DNA of 49,691 nucleotides from Clostridia bacterium (lineage in GTDB: Bacteria > Bacillota > Clostridia > UBA1212 > UBA1255). The position numbers and the translations under genes were made by a program. Below the pieces are notes generated by a model that was not told the DNA's origin, did not search any database, and worked only from the letters and a program-made list of their open reading frames with translations. Of this stretch, positions 26,311 to 36,860 are shown piece by piece. The stretch's first letter is position 1; the number at the start of each line of letters is the position of its first letter. The stretch is from the NCBI GenBank assembly GCA_017963755.1, contig JAGCTF010000113.1, positions 1-49,691 on the forward strand. Direction: 5' to 3'.

Positions 26311-26754
26311 GATCATGTTTTTAAGTTCATCCATGAAAGAATCGACGTCTTTAAACTGTTTATATACTGACGCGAAGCGGACGTACGCCACCTCGTCGAG
26401 CGCTTTAAGTCTGGTCATAATAAGTTCGCCTATTTCATGCGAACTAACCTCGCGTTTCATCGAATTGAGAAGCTGCTGTTCGACCTCAACTGCGATCTTT
26501 TCTGCCTGTTCGAGAGATACGGGCCGTTTGGCGCATGCCTTCATTATGCACATCGTGATCTTATCGCGGTCAAACAGCTGGCGGCTGCCGTCTTTCTTTA
26601 CGACCATCAGCTGCATATCTTCGATTTTTTCATAAGTCGTGAATCTTGAACCGCATTTAAGACATTCGCGGCGTCTTCTGACCGCAGAAAAATCATCAGC
26701 GGGCCTTGAATCGATTACTTTGTCTTCAGTGTGTGAGCAATATGGGCATCTCAT
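26293..26754 (-). CDS. nrdR: Transcriptional repressor NrdR
   Basis: MRCPYCSHTEDKVIDSR...CLKCGSRFTTYE zinc ribbon plus an ATP-cone. The start is set at the Met of MRCPYC (GGAGA 7 nt upstream) rather than the ORF-track start at 26781. Confidence 0.93.
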   Translation of the reverse strand: MRCPYCSHTEDKVIDSRPADDFSAVRRRRECLKCGSRFTTYEKIEDMQLMVVKKDGSRQLFDRDKITMCIMKACAKRPVSLEQAEKIAVEVEQQLLNSMKREVSSHEIGELIMTRLKALDEVAYVRFASVYKQFKDVDSFMDELKNMIEGKGR

Positions 26755-26793
26755 TTCGATCTCTCCGTAACTTTGGCGCAAAACAGGCCGGAA

Positions 26794-28551
26794 TCATACA
26801 ATTTCAAGTAAAGTCGCATAGCCATCTGCCTGCTTTACTATATTATATCTAAAATTATCCGGAAAATCAAGTGAGGGTTTTATATTGGATCTGTTCTCTT
26901 CGAGCCGGTCAAGAATGAATTCCGGGCCTCTTCCGAAGCGGTCAACGGCGCACAGAAAATATTTCCCGTTATTTCCCGCGCGGGAAAACGCGAAAATATT
27001 GTCGCCCGCGTCAATAAACGATATTGACCCGCCCGTCAGCGCTTCTTCGGAGCGCCTTAATTCCGAAAGCCCGGAAAACCATGCGCACGTATCGCCTCCC
27101 GCCCTGCTCCAGTCAAAAAACCGTCTATTGTCCGGATCGGTGCCGCCTTCCATACAGATTTCGTCGCCGTAATAGATAAGCGGTACTCCCGGGAAACAGA
27201 ACTGTACGAGAGAATATGCTTTAAGCAGCCCGGAGGCAAGGCGGACGTCTCCGCGCGTTATCCGCTTCAGGTACGTAAATAGGCGCTCAACGTCGTGGGT
27301 ACCGGTCATATTGACGAGCGAATAATACACTTCGGGAGGATAATGGATCGAATCTTCCCGGAACAGTCCGGAGATCTGCCCGGCGCTCATGCTGCCTTCA
27401 AGAAATTTAAGAAGTCTTTCGCGAAAAGGATAGTTCGTCTGGGAGTGAAGTTCGCGTTTGGTAAAATATGAACGGTGTATGCCGTAGCTCACCTTATCCG
27501 TACCGTCTTCCCAGACTTCTCCGAAAACGGCGGCGTCAGGCTTTTCTTCCGTCGCGGCTTTCATAAGCGCTTCTAAGAATTCATCCGGAAGTTCGTCCGC
27601 TACGTCCAGCCTCCAGCCCGACGCACCGGCTCTCAGCCACCTGCGCACTATACTGTCTCTGCCCGTCACGGTATATTCAAGATAAGAAGGTTCCAGTTCT
27701 TTGACGCACGGCAGATCGGCGACGTCCCACCAGCATACGTACGTTCCGTCATTCCTGAAAGTATACCAGCCCGCGTAAGGTGCCTCGCCCCTCTGCGCAG
27801 CCTCAAAATACCTGCTCCTTCGTCCCGTGTGGCTGAACACGCCGTCAAGAATAAGGCGCATATTTCGCGAGTTCATTGCCTGCACAAGTTCTGAAAAAGC
27901 AGCGTCGCCGCCCAGAAGACCGTCAATATGTTCGTAATCGCCCGTGTCGTATCTGTGATTTGACGCCGCTTCAAATACGGGATTAAGGTACACCGTATCG
28001 GCGCCCAGACTTTCAACGTAAGAAAGATTGTCCTCGATACCCTTAAGATTACCGCCGTAGAAATCCCAGCGCACGACTTCGCCATCCGCATCCTTAAGAT
28101 ACTCAGGTTTATCGTTTACCGACGCGTACGTAAATGAGTTTTCCTTAGGCACGACGCGCGGATCTTCGGAAACAGCGAAACGGTCCGGAAAGATCTGGTA
28201 TATCACGGCGTTTTTGAACCATCCGGGCGCTTTGAGCCCCGGCTCGTACACCGTGATGCGGTCAATATTTCCGGTCATTTCTTCCCCGCACCTGAGGCCG
28301 TAAAAATATACGCCCGGCGCGGACAATACGTCTTCCCCTATCCTGAAGCCGTACGCAGAGCCGCACTCAGGCGCGCCTTCAACGGATATCTCCGACACTT
28401 CTTCCCTGAATTTACGCGTCAACGTTAATGAAAGCCGGGCCGGATCCGCGCATTCTTCAACACGGAAGCGCAGAAAAACCGCGGTACCGGTCGCGACCGC
28501 CCCGCCCGGGCACCTGTATTCAGAAGAAGCCGGATCGTGAAAAACTCTCAT
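26794..28551 (-). CDS. GH13 alpha-amylase-family enzyme (neopullulanase/cyclomaltodextrinase-like)
   Basis: GH13 conserved regions are YLNPVFEAASNHRYDT, GWRLDVADELP, FGEVWED and GTHDVERL, with an N-terminal E-set-like domain. The ATG overlaps the glgP stop as ATGA. Confidence 0.85.
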   Translation of the reverse strand: MRVFHDPASSEYRCPGGAVATGTAVFLRFRVEECADPARLSLTLTRKFREEVSEISVEGAPECGSAYGFRIGEDVLSAPGVYFYGLRCGEEMTGNIDRITVYEPGLKAPGWFKNAVIYQIFPDRFAVSEDPRVVPKENSFTYASVNDKPEYLKDADGEVVRWDFYGGNLKGIEDNLSYVESLGADTVYLNPVFEAASNHRYDTGDYEHIDGLLGGDAAFSELVQAMNSRNMRLILDGVFSHTGRRSRYFEAAQRGEAPYAGWYTFRNDGTYVCWWDVADLPCVKELEPSYLEYTVTGRDSIVRRWLRAGASGWRLDVADELPDEFLEALMKAATEEKPDAAVFGEVWEDGTDKVSYGIHRSYFTKRELHSQTNYPFRERLLKFLEGSMSAGQISGLFREDSIHYPPEVYYSLVNMTGTHDVERLFTYLKRITRGDVRLASGLLKAYSLVQFCFPGVPLIYYGDEICMEGGTDPDNRRFFDWSRAGGDTCAWFSGLSELRRSEEALTGGSISFIDAGDNIFAFSRAGNNGKYFLCAVDRFGRGPEFILDRLEENRSNIKPSLDFPDNFRYNIVKQADGYATLLEIV

Positions 28552-30971
28552 CTGTGAGTCACGTTCCAGATATCATCGGCGTACGCAGCGATAGTATTAT
28601 CGCTCGAAAACCTTCCCGATTTCGCGATATTCATTGCACACATACGGTCAAATCTGGCCTTGTCCCTGAATATAGCGTCGATTTTATCGCGCGCACTCAC
28701 GTACGAAGCAAAATCCTTAAGCACAAAATACGGATCATTGTCCCTGATGAGATGATCGAGCACAGGCACGAATTCATTCTTTCCCGCGAATCCGAAGTAA
28801 CCGTCGCGTACCTGGTCAATTATCTTCGCGAGCCTGGAATCGCTTCTTATCTGAGCCGAAGAATCGTATCCGCCGTGCTGCTCTATGCCAATAACTTCAT
28901 CGGATGTCATTCCGAAGAGAATGATATTATCGTCGCCTACCGCCTCGAGTATCTCCACGTTCGCCCCGTCCAGCGTCGCGAGCGTAACAGCGCCGTTCAT
29001 CATGAATTTCATATTACCGGTTCCTGACGCTTCCTTGGACGCGGTCGATATCTGCTCGGAAATATCTCCCGCGGGGATCAGTTTCTCCGCAAGGCTCACG
29101 TCGTAATTCGGAAGGAAAACGACTTTCAGTATTCCGCCTATCGAAGTATCCGAATTGATCCTGTCCGCGACGGTACAAATAAGCTTTATCGTGTTTTTAG
29201 CAAGCCCGTACCCCGGAAACGCTTTGGCCGAGAAAATGACTGTACGCGGGCACATATCTCCCGCTTCGCCTTCCTTGATCCGGCGGTACATATCCATCAC
29301 ACCGAAAATGTTAAGCAACTGGCGCTTATACATGTGAAGCCTTTTCACCTGCACGTCGAATATCGATTCGGGGTCAACGGCGATCTCGGTCGTTTTCTTT
29401 ATATAATCCGCCATGCGGACTTTGTTCGCGCGCTTTATCACAGCGGCATCTTTTGCGAATCCGCTGTCAATATATTTTTCGAGTTCTGTAAGTTTGTTCG
29501 GTTCCGTGCGCCACTCGGGACCGATCACCGAATCGATCAGCACGGCGAGCTCCGGATTTGCCCCGATCAGCCAGCGCCTGTGAGTTATGCCGTTCGTCTT
29601 GTTATTGAATTTTCCCGGATAAAACTCGCTGAAATCTTTCAGTTCTTTGTTCTTAAGAATATCCGAATGCAGGCGGGCAACGCCGTTCACGCTGTGGCTT
29701 CCGACGATCGCAAGGTGCGCCATCTTTACCGTCCCGTCGGCAATTATTGACATTTTTGAGATGCGGTCGAAACCGTACCCTTTAGTCTGCGAAAGTGCGG
29801 CAACGAAGCGTCTGTTTATTTCCTCCGTGATCATATAGATCCTCGGGAGCAGCTTCTTGAACATATCGAGATTCCACTTCTCGAGCGCCTCCGCAAGTAT
29901 CGTATGATTCGTATAACCGAACGTCGCAGTAGTAATCGTCCACGCCTCGTCCCACGAAAGCCCGTGCTCATCTATGAGCAGACGCATAAGTTCAGGTATT
30001 GCCAGCGCCGGATGCGTATCGTTGATCTGAACGGCGTTATAGCGGTGAAACTCTCTGATATCTCCGCCGCCTTTCAAATATCTTCCGAGTATGTCCTGAA
30101 GTCCGGCGCTCGTGAAGAAATACTCCTGCTTGAGTCTTAGAAGCTTTCCTCGCGGAGTAGAATCGTCCGGATAGAGAACGTTGGAAATGGAATGCGCCGT
30201 CGTTATATTCTCCACTGCCCTGTCGTAGTCGCCTTTACTGAATTCGCGGAAGTCAAATCCCGAGTTCTCTGTTTCGGCGCTCCAGAGGCGAAGCGTATTT
30301 ACACGGTTCGAACTGTATCCGGGCACGGGAATATCGTACGGAACGGCCAGCACAGGTTCGTAGTCTGTAAGCTCAACGTACAGTCTGCCGTCCAGGCCCC
30401 AGTTCATATTAACGTTTCCGCCGAATTTGACGATGCGCGCGTCTTCCGCTTTACGGATCTCCCAGACGTTCGGTATCTTCAGCCAGTTGTCCGGCGTCTC
30501 GACCTGGTAGCCGTTCTCTATGAGCTGGCGGAAAAGGCCGTACCTGTAGCGTATGCCGATACCGGTTCCTGCGATGTCGAGCGAAGCCATCGAGTCGATG
30601 AAGCAGGCGGCAAGTCTTCCGAGTCCCCCGTTTCCGAGTCCGGCGTCAGGCTCCTCTTCTTCGAGCACGGGCAATTCCATTCCGAGTTCTTCGAGTCCTT
30701 CGCGTACCAGATCCCTTATCCCCAGGTTAATGAGTGCGGAGTCAAGCAGGCGGCCGATAAGGAATTCCATCGAGAAGTAATAGATATGCTTCTTTTTCTC
30801 GGAACTGTCCTTCATTTCGGTATACAGCCAGTCCGGAGCCATATAATCTCTTATAAGCGAACCGAGTGCCAGATATTTTTCTTCCAGCGAAGCTTCTTCG
30901 AAGCGTTCTCTGAACATAGTTACGATCTTGTTTTTATAGTCACGGATAAAAGTATCCTTATTAAGCAACAT
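28548..30971 (-). CDS. glgP: Glycogen/alpha-glucan phosphorylase
   Basis: GLGNGGLGRLAACF, TNHTILAEALEKW, and EASGTGNMKFMMNG carrying the PLP lysine. 807 aa. Confidence 0.93.
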   Translation of the reverse strand: MLLNKDTFIRDYKNKIVTMFRERFEEASLEEKYLALGSLIRDYMAPDWLYTEMKDSSEKKKHIYYFSMEFLIGRLLDSALINLGIRDLVREGLEELGMELPVLEEEEPDAGLGNGGLGRLAACFIDSMASLDIAGTGIGIRYRYGLFRQLIENGYQVETPDNWLKIPNVWEIRKAEDARIVKFGGNVNMNWGLDGRLYVELTDYEPVLAVPYDIPVPGYSSNRVNTLRLWSAETENSGFDFREFSKGDYDRAVENITTAHSISNVLYPDDSTPRGKLLRLKQEYFFTSAGLQDILGRYLKGGGDIREFHRYNAVQINDTHPALAIPELMRLLIDEHGLSWDEAWTITTATFGYTNHTILAEALEKWNLDMFKKLLPRIYMITEEINRRFVAALSQTKGYGFDRISKMSIIADGTVKMAHLAIVGSHSVNGVARLHSDILKNKELKDFSEFYPGKFNNKTNGITHRRWLIGANPELAVLIDSVIGPEWRTEPNKLTELEKYIDSGFAKDAAVIKRANKVRMADYIKKTTEIAVDPESIFDVQVKRLHMYKRQLLNIFGVMDMYRRIKEGEAGDMCPRTVIFSAKAFPGYGLAKNTIKLICTVADRINSDTSIGGILKVVFLPNYDVSLAEKLIPAGDISEQISTASKEASGTGNMKFMMNGAVTLATLDGANVEILEAVGDDNIILFGMTSDEVIGIEQHGGYDSSAQIRSDSRLAKIIDQVRDGYFGFAGKNEFVPVLDHLIRDNDPYFVLKDFASYVSARDKIDAIFRDKARFDRMCAMNIAKSGRFSSDNTIAAYADDIWNVTHR

Positions 30972-31069
30972 AATGCCTCCATATCGTTGCGGAAAATAGT
31001 AGGATTCAGGCTGAGCGCCGGATCAGATGCCGGGGTACAGTATACGGGCGGGTGCTTTAAATACGGCCG

Positions 31070-32503
31070 TCAGATGGCCAGCTCGTTATATACGGCAATA
31101 TATTTATCGGACTGCGTCTTCCAGTCGATGCGCGTATTCATCGCCTTTATGACAAGACTATCCCAGATCTCTTTGTTTTCATAACATTTGAGCGCGGTTT
31201 TTAAGGTGTAAAGCATCTCGTGCGCGTTAAAGTTAGCAAACGAAAAGCCGTTGCCCTCTCCCGTATATTTGTTGTACGGGTTCACAGTATCTTTTAAACC
31301 GCCCGTTTCGCGTACTACCGGGATCGTGCCGTAGCGCATCGCGATGATCTGCGAAAGGCCGCAGGGTTCGAACATTGACGGCATCAGGAACAGATCTGCT
31401 CCCGCGTAAATGCGCGAAGCCAGAGCGCTGTCGAAACGTGTGCACGCTGCGATCTTTCCGGGGTATGCGGAACCGTAATATTCGAAGAAATCCATATAAT
31501 CTCTTTCGCCGGTCCCGAGTATCACGAACTGAATATTGTTTTTAAGAATATCTTCCATGACGCGCGTAACGAGGTCAAGCCCTTTTTCTTTTACCATTCG
31601 CGTGACCATCGCTATCATCGGCACGTTCCTGTTCTGCGGAAGCCCGAGCTCTTTTTGGAGGGCAAGTTTGTTCTCGACCTTCTTTTCTCTCGTGTCAACG
31701 TCGTAGTTCAGGAACAGATTTTTATCGGTTTCAGGGCTGTTATGCGCGTAGTCGATGCCGTTCGTGATCCCGAGGAGTTTGAACGATTTTGCGGCTAAAA
31801 GTCCGTCGAGACCCTCGCCGTAATACGGAGTGGTTATTTCCTTCGCGTAAGTTTCGGAAACGGTCACGATCTTATCTGCGAAAACGATACCGGCCTTCAT
31901 AAACGATATGCCGTCGCGGAATTTTAGTTTTTCGTCATTATAATAGCCGTAATTAAGGCCAAGAAGATCCTCAAGTACTGAAGGCGCGTACACGCCCTGA
32001 TATTTAAGATTATGGATCGTGAATACCGCCGCAGCTCTCTTAAACTCGGGCCGCTCATAATAAACGTCTCTGAGATAGACCGGTATGATCCCGGTCTGCC
32101 AGTCGTTGCAATGGATAATATCCGGATAGAAATCGTTCATATGGACAACGGATTCCATCACGGCTCTGCAGAAATACGCGAATCTCTCACCGTCATCGTA
32201 GAAACCGTAGCAGCCGGGGCGTTTGAAATAGTATTCGTTGTCAATAAAATATACAGGTATATCTTTGTACAGGAGGTACTGAAGTCCGCAGTACTGATTA
32301 CGCCAGCCTACCGTCACGCCGAACGTCGACAGCGGTATCATTTTCGATTTATACTCTTCAGGTATATCGCCATATTTAGGTGTTATGATCCTTACGTCTA
32401 CTCCCGCCGCTTTCAAAGCGCAGGGCAGCTCGAACGAAACGTCGGCAAGTCCTCCGGTTTTGCTAAAAGGCTTTACTTCGGTGGTTACAAACAATACTTT
32501 CAT
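31070..32503 (-). CDS. glgA: Glycogen synthase (ADP-glucose type)
   Basis: MKVLFVTTEVKPFSKTGGLADV (KTGGL motif), HCNDWQTG, PSMFEPCGLSQIIAMRYG. The start is set at MKV (AAAGGAA 8 nt upstream) rather than the ORF-track start at 32542. Confidence 0.93.
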   Translation of the reverse strand: MKVLFVTTEVKPFSKTGGLADVSFELPCALKAAGVDVRIITPKYGDIPEEYKSKMIPLSTFGVTVGWRNQYCGLQYLLYKDIPVYFIDNEYYFKRPGCYGFYDDGERFAYFCRAVMESVVHMNDFYPDIIHCNDWQTGIIPVYLRDVYYERPEFKRAAAVFTIHNLKYQGVYAPSVLEDLLGLNYGYYNDEKLKFRDGISFMKAGIVFADKIVTVSETYAKEITTPYYGEGLDGLLAAKSFKLLGITNGIDYAHNSPETDKNLFLNYDVDTREKKVENKLALQKELGLPQNRNVPMIAMVTRMVKEKGLDLVTRVMEDILKNNIQFVILGTGERDYMDFFEYYGSAYPGKIAACTRFDSALASRIYAGADLFLMPSMFEPCGLSQIIAMRYGTIPVVRETGGLKDTVNPYNKYTGEGNGFSFANFNAHEMLYTLKTALKCYENKEIWDSLVIKAMNTRIDWKTQSDKYIAVYNELAI

Positions 32504-32620
32504 TACAAATGTTCCTTTCATGCCCGGAAAGGCATATTCCACGCAATTCAGTTATGCGCGTCATAGCGGAACCGTACTCCGGACTGAAAGCGCTCCGCAG
32601 ATGCGGCAGGCATTCATATT

Positions 32621-33736
32621 CTATCTGAGCAGGTTCTTTTTCTCAATTACGAGAGGGAAAAATTCGTTCCCTCTCAGTTCCGTATTTTCGTCTATATCCA
32701 CGTTTTTGTCAATAATAACATGGGACAATCTCGCATTTTTATGTATGCGCACGTTCTGCAGTATGATGCTGTTCTCCACGACCGCGCCTTCTTCGATGTC
32801 AACGTATCTCCCGAGCACCGAGTCTTTTACCTTCCCTTTTATGACGCACCCGTCTGCGATCAGTGAATTTGACGTACTGCAGCCTTTAACGTACAGCGTC
32901 GGAGGCTCGTCCTTTATCTTCGTGAATATAGGTCGTTCGGCGGATCTGAAGAGGTCGTTGCTTACGTCGATGTCGAGCATATCCATATTGCTCTTAAAGT
33001 ATGAAGACACCGTATTGATGCATGAAACGTATCCGTCAAATTTATACGTATTGAAGCGTAGATTTCCGATCTGGTCGAATATAAGATTATAAAAATTCGT
33101 AAGAGAAGTGAGAGAAGTGCTCTTATATACGAAATCAGTCAGTTTATCCTTCGTCATAAGGAAAATTTCCATGCACACGTCCGCCTCCGGACCGACGCCT
33201 ATGTTCTTTCCCGCGCCGCGCAGATCTCCGGTCTCAGGATCTATATCCAGCGTAAAGCAGTTTGAAAATTCCTTGTCGGCATTCTTCGTGTGCGTGTAGA
33301 CTACGATTATATCCGCGCCTGATGCTTCGTGCGCTTCGATGACGTCACTGATATCCATATTGCAGATCATATACGATGAGCACAGTATAACTTCAGTGCT
33401 TTTGCTTCTGTATATGTATTCCATATTGTTTTTTATCAGTTTGGAATCGGTATACATCAGGTTGCAAAGGCCGTGGTTGAACAGGAAAAGGCCGTCGTTT
33501 TTTCTGCCCAGATCCCACGGTTTTCCGGTCCCGAGGTGGTCGGCAAGCGAGCGGGAGTTGCTGTCTGAAAAGATACCCACGTTCCCTATCCCTGCGTTTA
33601 CGAGATTTGAAAGCATGAAATCTATTACTCTGTACCTGCTTCCGATGGGTATGGAGGCAATGGGGCGGTTCGTTGTGAGCGCTCTGATGTCGTTTTCGCT
33701 TTCGGCCAGGTTAAGTATTGCCATATAATCTTTCAT
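32621..33736 (-). CDS. glgD: Glucose-1-phosphate adenylyltransferase subunit GlgD
   Basis: The NTP-transferase fold lacks the catalytic GGxGxRL motif (ILNLAESENDIRALT...IPIGSRYRVIDF) and carries a left-handed beta-helix C-terminus. It follows glgC. The ATG at 33736 has GAGGTG 6 nt upstream. Confidence 0.85.
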   Translation of the reverse strand: MKDYMAILNLAESENDIRALTTNRPIASIPIGSRYRVIDFMLSNLVNAGIGNVGIFSDSNSRSLADHLGTGKPWDLGRKNDGLFLFNHGLCNLMYTDSKLIKNNMEYIYRSKSTEVILCSSYMICNMDISDVIEAHEASGADIIVVYTHTKNADKEFSNCFTLDIDPETGDLRGAGKNIGVGPEADVCMEIFLMTKDKLTDFVYKSTSLTSLTNFYNLIFDQIGNLRFNTYKFDGYVSCINTVSSYFKSNMDMLDIDVSNDLFRSAERPIFTKIKDEPPTLYVKGCSTSNSLIADGCVIKGKVKDSVLGRYVDIEEGAVVENSIILQNVRIHKNARLSHVIIDKNVDIDENTELRGNEFFPLVIEKKNLLR

Positions 33737-33746
33737 CTCAGGCACC

Positions 33747-34892
33747 TCATTTCATAAATCCGCCGCCGGACAGGACACGGCCTTCTTCTATGACCGCGAT
33801 CTCCCTGCCGTCGCCTACGGCGTTGCTCGCTTTAACCGTCACGCCTTCGAGCAGAATGCTTTTATTGACTATAACGTTTTCTTCGATCGTGCAGCCTTCC
33901 ATAACGATGGAGTCTACGACGCGGCTGTTCGCCCCTATCGTAACTCCCGGGAAGATGACGGAATGATCCACCTCTCCCATGATCACGCAGCCTTCGGAGA
34001 TGAGGCTGTCTTTGAGGATCGCGTCGGGTCCGATATATTGAGAAGGTATCGATCCGGTAACAGTATATAGTTTCCAGTCGTTCTGGAACAGTTTAACGTC
34101 GTTGTCCGCCTTCAGAAGGTCCATGTTCGCCTCCCAGTAGCTTTCGACCGTTCCGACGTCTTTCCAGTAGCCGTCAAATCTGTACGCGATCATTTTTTCA
34201 CCCGCACCGAGCATGGCGGGGATAATATTTTTCCCGAAATCATTGTCCGAATTTTCGTCGAGAGCGTCTGCTTTCAGATACTTTTTTAGGTCTGCATACG
34301 TGAAAATGTAAATACCCATAGACGCCAGCGTACTTTTGGGTTCTTTCGGCTTTTCTTCAAAGCTGGTTATCCTGCCCGTCCCGTCGGTATTCATTATTCC
34401 GAAACGCGACGCTTCCTCGAGCGGCACGTCTATCACCGCGATCGTGGCTTTAGCTCCCGCGGCTGTATGTGCGTCAAGCATTTTTCTGTAGTCCATTTTG
34501 TAGATATGGTCGCCGGACAATATCAATACGTACGTGGGATTGAACTGGTCAAGGAACGTAATGTTCTGATACACTGCGTTCGCGGTACCGCGGTACCAGT
34601 CGCCTCCCGCCTCGCTCATATACGGCGGCAATATCGTAACGCCTCCGTGAACGCGGTCAAGATCCCAGGGCGTGCCTATTCCGATGTGCGTCGATAACTG
34701 CTGCGGCTTGTACTGGGTCAATATTCCCACAGTGTCTATGCCCGAGTTCGAGCAGTTACTCAGCGCAAAATCGATTATGCGGTATTTTCCGCCGAAGCGT
34801 ACGGCAGGCTTCGCCGTTTTCTTCGTCATTGCCCCAAGCCGGCTTCCCTGGCCTCCCGCAAGGATCAGCGCAACCATATTCTTATGGATCAT
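33747..34892 (-). CDS. glgC: Glucose-1-phosphate adenylyltransferase
   Basis: [63 protein letters not shown]. Confidence 0.93.
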   Translation of the reverse strand: MIHKNMVALILAGGQGSRLGAMTKKTAKPAVRFGGKYRIIDFALSNCSNSGIDTVGILTQYKPQQLSTHIGIGTPWDLDRVHGGVTILPPYMSEAGGDWYRGTANAVYQNITFLDQFNPTYVLILSGDHIYKMDYRKMLDAHTAAGAKATIAVIDVPLEEASRFGIMNTDGTGRITSFEEKPKEPKSTLASMGIYIFTYADLKKYLKADALDENSDNDFGKNIIPAMLGAGEKMIAYRFDGYWKDVGTVESYWEANMDLLKADNDVKLFQNDWKLYTVTGSIPSQYIGPDAILKDSLISEGCVIMGEVDHSVIFPGVTIGANSRVVDSIVMEGCTIEENVIVNKSILLEGVTVKASNAVGDGREIAVIEEGRVLSGGGFMK

Positions 34893-35020
34893 TGTCCGGT
34901 CACTCCCTCAAAACTGATTATAAATGATTTTCGCAGGCCGTGCGCACAACGCTGTTGCGTTTTTCGCGCAGCCTTTCTCTATACTTTTCGACAAAGTGAT
35001 AATACCACTTTAAAGCGCAG

Positions 35021-35049
35021 TTGTCAATTTGCGCCGGAAATGATATAAT
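35021..35049 (+). promoter_or_regulatory. Candidate sigma-A promoter for the MutS-related gene
   Basis: TTGTCA - 17 nt - TATAAT (ttgtcaatttgcgccggaaatgatataat), 33 nt upstream of the ATG at 35082. Confidence 0.6.
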
Positions 35050-35081
35050 CTACCTAACTTAAAATGAAGCGAGGTAAGCTT

Positions 35082-36830
35082 ATGGACGAAAAATTTGCCT
35101 TCAGTCTGCTCTGGCCGGATTACGAAAAAGGGCGCGAGTTAGAGCGCGAAGTAAAGAGCGGCCGCGTAAAGCTTTTCAATCAGGAGCTTTTAGAGCGCGA
35201 TATGAATATGGACATGATACTTGACGGCATGCAGATAAGGAACGACAGCCGCGGGTATATACGCGCCCGTATGCTCGACATGATCCCGGACGCGGAAGTC
35301 ATTAAATACAGGCAGGATATCCTTCAGGATTTCATGGACTATCCCGAACTTGAAGAATCATTTGACACTTCCCTGCTCCCTCTTACGAACAACCTCCGCA
35401 AAATGGAGAAGGCGAATATTTCTCACGATGACGATATGCGCCGCATCGCCTGGAGGATCGATATGCTGCAGGTCTATATGCAGTGCGTCGATATCCTGCA
35501 TTCGCTGTTCTGCTCTCCTGACCGCGATTTCCTTTCGGACGGCGTAAAGCGCCTGCGCGAAATGATCCGCGGCATTTACGAAAGCGATAATTTCAAGGAT
35601 CTGCGCCACGAACTTCCGGCGCTTTCCGAAAAGATACAGACTATGACTTCCGTAACCATCGGCGTGAATCTCGATAATGAACTGCGCCCCGTCGAGGCGG
35701 TGCTGCTCTCGATAGAGCCCAAGCCGTTCAGGAACAAGGCGCTCGTGACTTCCATCCTGGGCCGCCAGAGGAATGACGAAACTTATTTCGGCCTCGGTTC
35801 GTTCTATTCGATACTGAAAGATAACCGTGCGAACACTCTTGACATCGCTATCATGCGAGACCTCGAGAGCGTCATGGGAGATACGTTCAAGCATCTGGCT
35901 ACTGTGCTTGCCCGCTTCGAATATATCGAGACGCAGTTCCTGTTTGACCTTATTCCGGAAGTGTATTATTTCATCGGAGGCAGCAGGCTCGCGCGCAATC
36001 TTATAAAAACCGGCCTTCCGGTGTGCTTCCCCACTCCGGCGCCCAAGGACGAGCGCATTTTCTACGTGAAAGATATCTACGACGCGAGTTTTGCGATCAG
36101 GATCCAAAGCGATATCGGATTATCCGAGCTTTCAAACGTCGTCGTTACGAATACGGCGGAAATGTCGGATAAGGCAGGCCGCATATTCATTCTGACCGGT
36201 GCGAACCAGGGCGGTAAAACTACTTTCACCCGTGCGGTCGGTATCACGCAGCTGCTGTTCCAGGCCGGTTTCGCGATCCCCGGTTCGGAAGGTCGCATAA
36301 GCCCGGTCGATAATATTTATACGCATTTCCCGGAGCTTGAGAAGAATTCGATCAGCGAAGGCCGTCTGGGCGAAGAGTGTATAAGGCTCGAGCAGATCCT
36401 GCCTCGCCTTACGAAATACAGTATGATCCTGATGAACGAGTCGCTCTCAAGCACGAGCCATCAGGAATGCCTTTTCATCGCGGAAGAGATAATGAAATAT
36501 CTGCGCAAGGTCGGAGCCCGCTGCGTTTTCGCGACGCACATACACGAACTTGCGGAGAATATTCCGGAGCTGAACAAAGAGCCTGCCTTAAGCGACCTCG
36601 TGAGCCTCGTTGCCGGCGTCGATGAAACGACCGAGATGGAAGTGCTTACCGACGAAGGCCGTAAAAAATATGCCGGTTCGAAGCGTACTTACCTTATCCT
36701 GCCGATGCCTCCTCAGGGAAAAAGCTTCGCGCTGGACATTGCCCGCACGTACGGCATCAGCTTCGACCAGCTTATGAACACACACGATACGAAATTCGCG
36801 CAGGACAACGATCCCGCGCACATCAAATAA
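35082..36830 (+). CDS. MutS-related ATPase (MutS domain III/V only, with no mismatch-binding or Smr domain)
   Basis: Walker A ILTGANQGGKTTFTRAVGITQLLFQAGF, then ILMNESLSSTS and FATHIHEL, characteristic of the MutS ABC ATPase. GAGGT lies 6 nt before the ATG at 35082. The ORF-track start at 35064 is less well placed. Confidence 0.8.
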   Translation: MDEKFAFSLLWPDYEKGRELEREVKSGRVKLFNQELLERDMNMDMILDGMQIRNDSRGYIRARMLDMIPDAEVIKYRQDILQDFMDYPELEESFDTSLLPLTNNLRKMEKANISHDDDMRRIAWRIDMLQVYMQCVDILHSLFCSPDRDFLSDGVKRLREMIRGIYESDNFKDLRHELPALSEKIQTMTSVTIGVNLDNELRPVEAVLLSIEPKPFRNKALVTSILGRQRNDETYFGLGSFYSILKDNRANTLDIAIMRDLESVMGDTFKHLATVLARFEYIETQFLFDLIPEVYYFIGGSRLARNLIKTGLPVCFPTPAPKDERIFYVKDIYDASFAIRIQSDIGLSELSNVVVTNTAEMSDKAGRIFILTGANQGGKTTFTRAVGITQLLFQAGFAIPGSEGRISPVDNIYTHFPELEKNSISEGRLGEECIRLEQILPRLTKYSMILMNESLSSTSHQECLFIAEEIMKYLRKVGARCVFATHIHELAENIPELNKEPALSDLVSLVAGVDETTEMEVLTDEGRKKYAGSKRTYLILPMPPQGKSFALDIARTYGISFDQLMNTHDTKFAQDNDPAHIK

Positions 36831-36860
36831 TACGATAATATTTGAAAGGAACTGATCTGG

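Noticed and set aside
26110-26635. ORFs 26110..26370 and 26144..26635 across the 10-bp repeat array.
   Set aside because: The repetitive peptide (FPEFSGLFRPS…) is a by-product of the repeat, and the remainder is antisense to nrdR.
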